Positions 27,416 through 32,000 of a stretch of 32,000 nt of DNA are shown piece by piece. Under the pieces are notes generated by a model. That model was not told the origin of the DNA and made no database searches. It worked only from the letters and a program-made list of their open reading frames with translations. Numbering within the stretch: position 1 is the first letter of the stretch; each line of letters begins with the position of its first letter. Source of the stretch: Candidatus Saccharimonas aalborgensis (GTDB lineage: Bacteria > Patescibacteriota > Saccharimonadia > Saccharimonadales > Saccharimonadaceae); the NCBI RefSeq assembly GCF_000392435.1, contig NC_021219.1, positions 420,001-452,000 of the forward strand. Direction: 5' to 3'. The translations under genes were made by a program, and so were the position numbers.

Positions 27416-27422
27416 ACGGGCT

Positions 27423-27674
27423 ATGGATATCCCCGCAAACCTACAAGAGAAACTTACGACAAACATATCAGATACTGTCAATGACCAACTCTCAAAGATA
27501 TTTATGCAGTACTTCTTGCCCACTATTATTTTCATGTGCGTTATCATCGTACTGTATGTCATGCGGGCCATCCACCGCTACCGAGTTGACAAAGCCATCT
27601 TCGAAATTCGTGACACCCTCCGTGCCCAGCGCAGCACTCAACAGGTCGTACGCCCAGACACCAATCAAAAGTAA
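27423..27674 (+). CDS. Small single-TM hypothetical protein
   Basis: 83 aa; TM 'YFLPTIIFMCVIIVLYVM'; properly placed promoter. Confidence 0.6.
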   Translation: MDIPANLQEKLTTNISDTVNDQLSKIFMQYFLPTIIFMCVIIVLYVMRAIHRYRVDKAIFEIRDTLRAQRSTQQVVRPDTNQK

Positions 27675-27752
27675 ATGTAACCCTTCGCATTTACGACGTA
27701 GAGGGCGTGCCAAATGGAGTTTTTGTGGTAGACAATCGTAGTTTGTTGATTT

Positions 27753-28115
27753 TTATAAATACGCCCGGTATCTGCCTGGGTCCTCGCGGGATTTCTCATT
27801 TTTGGCGTAGAGCTCAACAAAGGTTACCATTGCACTGGTCTTAACCAGTACGAATACAGCTCTTGCCTTATCTGACATGCCTAGTGACAGTACGTCCAAT
27901 CGCATCTTGACGACTTCAACAGACTCATTAACCACCAGTTTTGTGGCTCGTTTGTTGTTGAAAAACTTTTGCTGGAAGATTTCCTGCTGATCAGAGTCAG
28001 TGTATACATCGGCTATGAGCAGCATTGCTGCATCTACGTCATCGGGAAGCGAACGCCACTTCTTACTTAGTCGCTTGAGGTCTTTTTTGAACTCAGGAGA
28101 CAGCTCAAAGTTCAT
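27753..28115 (-). CDS. Candidate RelE/ParE-superfamily toxin
   Basis: 120 aa; 'FELSPEFKKDLKRLSKKW' and C-terminal 'VTFVELYAKNEKSREDPGRYRAYL' typical of RelE-like toxins; 11-nt overlap with the upstream HTH-Panacea gene. Confidence 0.65.
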   Translation of the reverse strand: MNFELSPEFKKDLKRLSKKWRSLPDDVDAAMLLIADVYTDSDQQEIFQQKFFNNKRATKLVVNESVEVVKMRLDVLSLGMSDKARAVFVLVKTSAMVTFVELYAKNEKSREDPGRYRAYL

Positions 28116-28887
28116 CCTCTGGCTCCGTCACGGCGGTCAAGTCGCTGCGATAAAAGACGAAGCGATAGTTTATTTTTTCACCCTGTTTTGCAACTCGCCA
28201 CGGCGTATCATAGTGTGAGAGCTCACTCAATTCTGCAGCGGACTTATCACTTAAGCGTGCTAATGTCTCATTTATGTGCTGTAGTTCGCTAGCGCTAAGT
28301 TCTTTCAGTTCCACGCTTATTAATGGTAAGTACTTCTTTTGCGTGTTCTTGAAGTATTCCGTCTCTGCAACTTCGAGCTCTTGGTTCGCCTTCATGCCTT
28401 CTACTACACTCACAAAATCCCGCGTCGGGGTTGGACCAAAGTGGTTACGCACGTAGGTTAGGCCTGTTACCGACTGACCTGTCTTTTCGTAGTAGTCAAA
28501 ATCAATAAAGTACAGCAACTTATATAAAACGGTTTCGCCAACATTCGGTTTAGCACCTACTTTTTCGAGTACATATAGCAGCACTTCGCGGAGCTTTTCC
28601 GGGCTCGTTTTTGGATCGATGTCACGCGGGATAATCTCTTCCTTGGCTTGCCCGAAATCGTACGGTGCGACAGACTCATGCACCATACTCACTTCGCCTG
28701 ATATAAGATCGGCCGGTGAGACCTGGTAATATTCAGCAAGTCTGTTAATTTCATCAAGGTTCGCCGGACGACGTTCTGCCTCCAGGCTTGCATAGGTAGC
28801 ACGAGCAATACCAATTGCCTCTGCGACATCGGCTTGGCTCACGCCTTTTTCTCCTCTTAATCTCTTGAGAGTATCTGTAAAGCTCAT
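28105..28887 (-). CDS. XRE-type HTH fused to Panacea (DUF4065/SocA-like) antitoxin domain
   Basis: HTH 'LKRLRGEKGVSQADVAEAIGIARATYASLEAERRPANLDEINRLAEYYQVSPADLI' and Panacea-like 'KPNVGETVLYKLLYFIDFDYYEKTGQSVTGLTYVRNHFGPTP..F...V'. Start set to ATG 28887. Confidence 0.85.
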   Translation of the reverse strand: MSFTDTLKRLRGEKGVSQADVAEAIGIARATYASLEAERRPANLDEINRLAEYYQVSPADLISGEVSMVHESVAPYDFGQAKEEIIPRDIDPKTSPEKLREVLLYVLEKVGAKPNVGETVLYKLLYFIDFDYYEKTGQSVTGLTYVRNHFGPTPTRDFVSVVEGMKANQELEVAETEYFKNTQKKYLPLISVELKELSASELQHINETLARLSDKSAAELSELSHYDTPWRVAKQGEKINYRFVFYRSDLTAVTEPEDEL

Positions 28888-28922
28888 AATCTTGCCCACC
28901 AATTATGGTTTGTGATTCTATA

Positions 28923-28938
28923 AGAGTAACACAACTCT
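28923..28938. promoter_or_regulatory. Candidate TA autoregulatory operator (AGAGT-N6-ACTCT)
   Basis: AGAGTAACACAACTCT lies directly upstream of a minus-strand TATAGA (28922-28917), itself upstream of the HTH-Panacea start. Confidence 0.35.
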
Positions 28939-28978
28939 ACATTATTAGTCAATATATCTTCTCCCAAAATGAGCACTA

Positions 28979-28987
28979 TGTTATAAT
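28979..28987 (+). promoter_or_regulatory. Extended -10 TGT-TATAAT (plus strand)
   Basis: TGTTATAAT; predicted TSS ~28994, ~112 nt ahead of the next likely start codon. Confidence 0.55.
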
Positions 28988-28993
28988 ACCTTC

Positions 28994-29080
28994 GGTTACT
29001 GGTTCCTGTAAAGTGGGGCGGGAGCTACAAAAAAACCATAAGGTCGGTGTGGCACGTCGCTCGCGCCACAGAATATTTTT
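28994..29080 (+). ncRNA. Candidate small structured RNA or attenuator leader
   Basis: Stem 1 GUUCCUG(29002-29008)/CGGGAGC(29019-29025) with two G-U pairs; A-rich linker; stem 2 TGTGGC(29048-29053)...GCCACA(29065-29070) then GAATATTTTT. Confidence 0.35.
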
Positions 29081-29105
29081 GAGAGCGAGAAGGGGCTATG
29101 AGGAA

Positions 29106-29393
29106 ATGACAGCACAACAACTATACGATGATGTACTGAGTTACGTCGGTAGCGATAATTTTATCAACTGGTATGTCGGGATTACGGGTGATGTTGAAAA
29201 ACGCCTTTTTGGCGAGCATAACGTTCATCGAACTCAACATAAGTGGATTCATGGACAAGCTATGAGCGCTGAAACAGCTCGGGCGGTTGAGGCAGCACTG
29301 ATTGAGCTAGGTTTCGACGGTGGCGGTGGCGGCGGTGACCATACCGCCATTCACGTCTACGCGTTTCGCCAAGATCTAGGTACTGTACGCTAA
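29106..29393 (+). CDS. Small hypothetical protein, possibly GIY-YIG-like
   Basis: ORF 28905..29393 trimmed to ATG 29106 after GAGGAA; 'NWYVGITGDVEKRLFGEHNV...ARAVEAALIELGF' weakly resembles the GIY-YIG nuclease fold. Confidence 0.5.
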   Translation: MTAQQLYDDVLSYVGSDNFINWYVGITGDVEKRLFGEHNVHRTQHKWIHGQAMSAETARAVEAALIELGFDGGGGGGDHTAIHVYAFRQDLGTVR

Positions 29394-29485
29394 AGGGTCA
29401 ATGGAAAAGTGGCTGGCTTATAGAGGCTAGAAGGGTTCACTGCTTGCAAAAACCCGTAAGGCGCTAGAAAGGTCACACCCTCCAG

Positions 29486-29516
29486 CAAAATGAGGCAAGT
29501 AGCCTCGTTTTGTTTT
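29486..29516. terminator. Bidirectional terminator between convergent genes
   Basis: CAAAATGAGGC-aagta-GCCTCGTTTTG + TTTT: 11-bp stem with one G-U pair. The minus strand also runs into ATTTTG, right after the stop at 29518. Confidence 0.7.
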
Positions 29517-29517
29517 G

Positions 29518-30708
29518 CTAGCGATTTCCCTTTGCGCGGTTGTGCGCTACACAAAGCATCTCACAATTTTCCAGCGACGTTGAGCCACCCTTGCTCCATG
29601 CGCTTACGTGATCAGCATCCATTTCGTTATACCCCCAGAGTTTCGCTTGATTTGCGTCGTGTCCGATCGCACAGTACGAGCAGTTGCTAGTATCTTTCTC
29701 GTGTGCCGTATTTGTTTGACGCTCATAGACTACCCGTTTGTCGCGATCGTCAAACACCCTCACGTCAAGTAATTTTGTATCTGACTCTCCACCGAGAATA
29801 TACTCAAAAACGCCGCTGCGACGTTTGACAAACTCATCTCCATAGAGTCGTCGCACTGTCTCATGCACCCGGGCCGGCTCATACTGCGTTGTATGATACA
29901 TCTCGTACAACCTACCCCATTCAAGTCCGCGCATCTCTCGCTCGACATCAATAAAGACACCGTCGATCCAGTTGATAACCTTCGTGAAGTACGCTTTTAA
30001 TTCATCAATGCTTGTGTCATAACGATGCTGGCTCATGTAGCGATCCACATCTTCGCGACTCACCCACTGCAAAGCCCGTTCGAGATATTCTTGGCGACGT
30101 ATATCGCCTGCGATGTACGAACTCCACTTTTGGACATTGCTATTGTTTGGGTTGCTGAACTCTTCGCGCGCCAGTGTTACAAATGGTCCGCTATACACGG
30201 CATTCAAAATCTCTTGCTCATTGAGCGCCACGCCTGCGATGTTGATGGTCTTGAACCAGTCTTTTATTTCCGATTCCTCACCCTCGCAGATATACACAAG
30301 CAGTGGCGTTTCCATGATACGACGCTGCATGTCTGCCGCTAGACCGCTAAAATATTGTTGATTTCCGTTGGTATCTTTTGCGGCAAAGAGTCCGCGTACA
30401 AACCTTCCTATCGTCGTGATACGCTGCTGGCCATCAAGTACTTCATAGTCGTCATCACCGACTTTGCTAAAGTACAATAGGCCGATCGGATAGCCCTTGA
30501 GTAGACTATCGATCACCGCGACGTCCTTCCTGCCGTCACCATAGATGTATCGGCGTTGATACTCCGGCTGGATCGTCAGTCGGCCGTCGAGTCCAAAGAG
30601 TCCTTTTTCGTCAAGCTCATTGTACTCAAAACCTTCGACGATATCAGCAACAGTGATGCCTTGCCCAGCATCGGCTTCATCTCGCCTTACCCATAGTGTT
30701 GTTTTCAT
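29518..30708 (-). CDS. DUF262 (ParB/GmrS-like) domain fused to HNH endonuclease
   Basis: '[35 protein letters not shown]...[16 protein letters not shown]' and C-terminal HNH '[52 protein letters not shown]'. Confidence 0.9.
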   Translation of the reverse strand: MKTTLWVRRDEADAGQGITVADIVEGFEYNELDEKGLFGLDGRLTIQPEYQRRYIYGDGRKDVAVIDSLLKGYPIGLLYFSKVGDDDYEVLDGQQRITTIGRFVRGLFAAKDTNGNQQYFSGLAADMQRRIMETPLLVYICEGEESEIKDWFKTINIAGVALNEQEILNAVYSGPFVTLAREEFSNPNNSNVQKWSSYIAGDIRRQEYLERALQWVSREDVDRYMSQHRYDTSIDELKAYFTKVINWIDGVFIDVEREMRGLEWGRLYEMYHTTQYEPARVHETVRRLYGDEFVKRRSGVFEYILGGESDTKLLDVRVFDDRDKRVVYERQTNTAHEKDTSNCSYCAIGHDANQAKLWGYNEMDADHVSAWSKGGSTSLENCEMLCVAHNRAKGNR

Positions 30709-31889
30709 ACAGCCGCCTTTCTGTGTCGGATTAAGATGCGTTGATAGGGAACGATAGCTTTGCCATCGGTGTCGACGTAGACGGGGTTAATCCAGCCCTG
30801 TCGTATCGCTCCTTTGTTACCTTGCTTATAGTAAAGATCGACAAATTCTTTTGTTACACCCCTCCAACCTTTTGGCAGGATATTTGACTGAGGATGACCC
30901 ACGATCTCAAATTGCTCCGGCGAGTATTTGTCGAGGAAACTGATGGGTACTCCCATAACGCCATTGTAATCACTGGGAATTGCATCGCTAAACGGCACTT
31001 CAATGGCATCGTAATTGTCGTATTTATCATAAGCATCTCTACCCTGCATTTTTTTGTTGTGTTTCAAATTTTCGGCCATCGTCATGAGTTGCAATGGTTG
31101 GTGACGACGTGCGTGGTCAATGTTTGTGAACCAATTTACATTGCGAAACTTCACGAGTCCCGTCTGTTCATCAAACACTCCTGAGGCAAAATCACGAACA
31201 TTTTCAGAAGGTACCGAAAAATATGCGTTTCCCGCATTAAAACCGTTGCCGAGCCAAATCTTATCTTCCTTGATTAGGGGAAATATTTCTTTATACGTAA
31301 TAGCGTTCATGCTACCAATAATCACAAATTTCTTTTTGTATTCGACGAGCTGCCCTACGTACTCGCGAAACAAACTAAACGGCGGATTTGTCACCACGAT
31401 ATCCGACTGCTCGAGTAGCTCTACACACTCAACACTGCGAAAATCACCGTCGCCCTCGAGCGGGGTCCACTCGTTATGCTTATTTGCTTTGAGTTGCTGA
31501 GCCACGTCCTCGAGATTGAATTGCCCATCGTCATCATAGTCACCCACATCGCTAATGACAAACTTGTTTGCCGTTACCTTTGGCCTGCCTTTTGCTGGAG
31601 TGACGGTGACATCATCGCCAAACAGTCCGAGTTGTGTATTTGCAACGGGGCTTGGCTTGTAGCTCGTCGTGATTAGCTTTTTCAATCCCAGTCGCTTGAA
31701 GTTGAGCACAAAGTATTTGAAAAAGTTGCTCTCAAATGGGTCATCGCAGTTACAATAGACTACTTTGTCACGAAACGTATCGGGATTATACATAAGATAC
31801 GCCCCGATTTCCTTTTGGATGTCGGGATACTGCGTATAAAACTCATCATTTTTGGCCTTTTTGGCGCTAGTGAGGTTTGAGTTCGCCAT
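30705..31889 (-). CDS. EcoRI-family adenine-specific DNA methyltransferase
   Basis: '[35 protein letters not shown]' and catalytic '[17 protein letters not shown]'; ATGA overlap with the DUF262-HNH gene. Confidence 0.88.
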   Translation of the reverse strand: MANSNLTSAKKAKNDEFYTQYPDIQKEIGAYLMYNPDTFRDKVVYCNCDDPFESNFFKYFVLNFKRLGLKKLITTSYKPSPVANTQLGLFGDDVTVTPAKGRPKVTANKFVISDVGDYDDDGQFNLEDVAQQLKANKHNEWTPLEGDGDFRSVECVELLEQSDIVVTNPPFSLFREYVGQLVEYKKKFVIIGSMNAITYKEIFPLIKEDKIWLGNGFNAGNAYFSVPSENVRDFASGVFDEQTGLVKFRNVNWFTNIDHARRHQPLQLMTMAENLKHNKKMQGRDAYDKYDNYDAIEVPFSDAIPSDYNGVMGVPISFLDKYSPEQFEIVGHPQSNILPKGWRGVTKEFVDLYYKQGNKGAIRQGWINPVYVDTDGKAIVPYQRILIRHRKAAV

Positions 31890-31900
31890 AAACTGTAATT

Positions 31901-31909
31901 ATTATAGCA
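31901..31909 (-). promoter_or_regulatory. Extended -10 TGC-TATAAT (minus strand)
   Basis: Minus-strand TGCTATAAT; predicted TSS ~31894, ~5 nt before ATG 31889. Confidence 0.55.
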
Positions 31910-32000
31910 ACAGTGTTTGTTTTTGGTGAGACCTTAGTTAATAAGCAAATTGTTCGGATATGTGACCGTCGTTACCGAGCACATAAACGCTTGAGCGCTG

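Noticed and set aside
27671-27694. GTAAATG/CATTTAC hairpin after the 27674 stop as a terminator
   Set aside because: Only 7 A/T-rich pairs with a 10-nt loop and no T-tract; too weak to annotate.
1-32000. tRNA or rRNA genes, transposases, prophage
   Set aside because: No cloverleaf, conserved rRNA segment, transposase/integrase motif or phage structural gene was recognised by eye. The tail-fibre-like repeats are in signal-peptide-bearing surface proteins.

Overview
The gene content looks like a Patescibacteria/CPR genome, probably Saccharibacteria-like (inference from protein style only). (A) ~1.35-17.0 kb, + strand: a secreted/surface module. It has three tandem paralogous small exported beta-rich proteins, a C-terminally anchored DUF916/WxL-interacting-like protein, an Ig/PKD-like membrane protein, a 1299-aa exported fibre-like protein with two CBM-like modules, and a ~1880-aa membrane-anchored Kelch-like protein whose propeller is interrupted by an ~280-aa poly-glycine domain. 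(B) ~17.0-23.7 kb, - strand: an export/fibre module. It has SipW/archaeal-type signal peptidase, DUF5305-like protein, three TasA/camelysin-like SipW-dependent small proteins and an HtrA protease. (C) ~23.8-27.3 kb, - strand: TspO-like, glutathione peroxidase, LemA and membrane proteins. (D) ~27.4-31.9 kb: an accessory/defence module. It has a HTH-Panacea antitoxin with a RelE-like toxin, a candidate structured small RNA, a small possible GIY-YIG protein, and a DUF262-HNH nuclease translationally coupled to an EcoRI-family adenine methyltransferase. Several starts sit 0-5 nt from the predicted transcription start of an extended -10 promoter, suggesting recurrent leaderless transcription. Domain names are from memory of family motifs; no database search was run.
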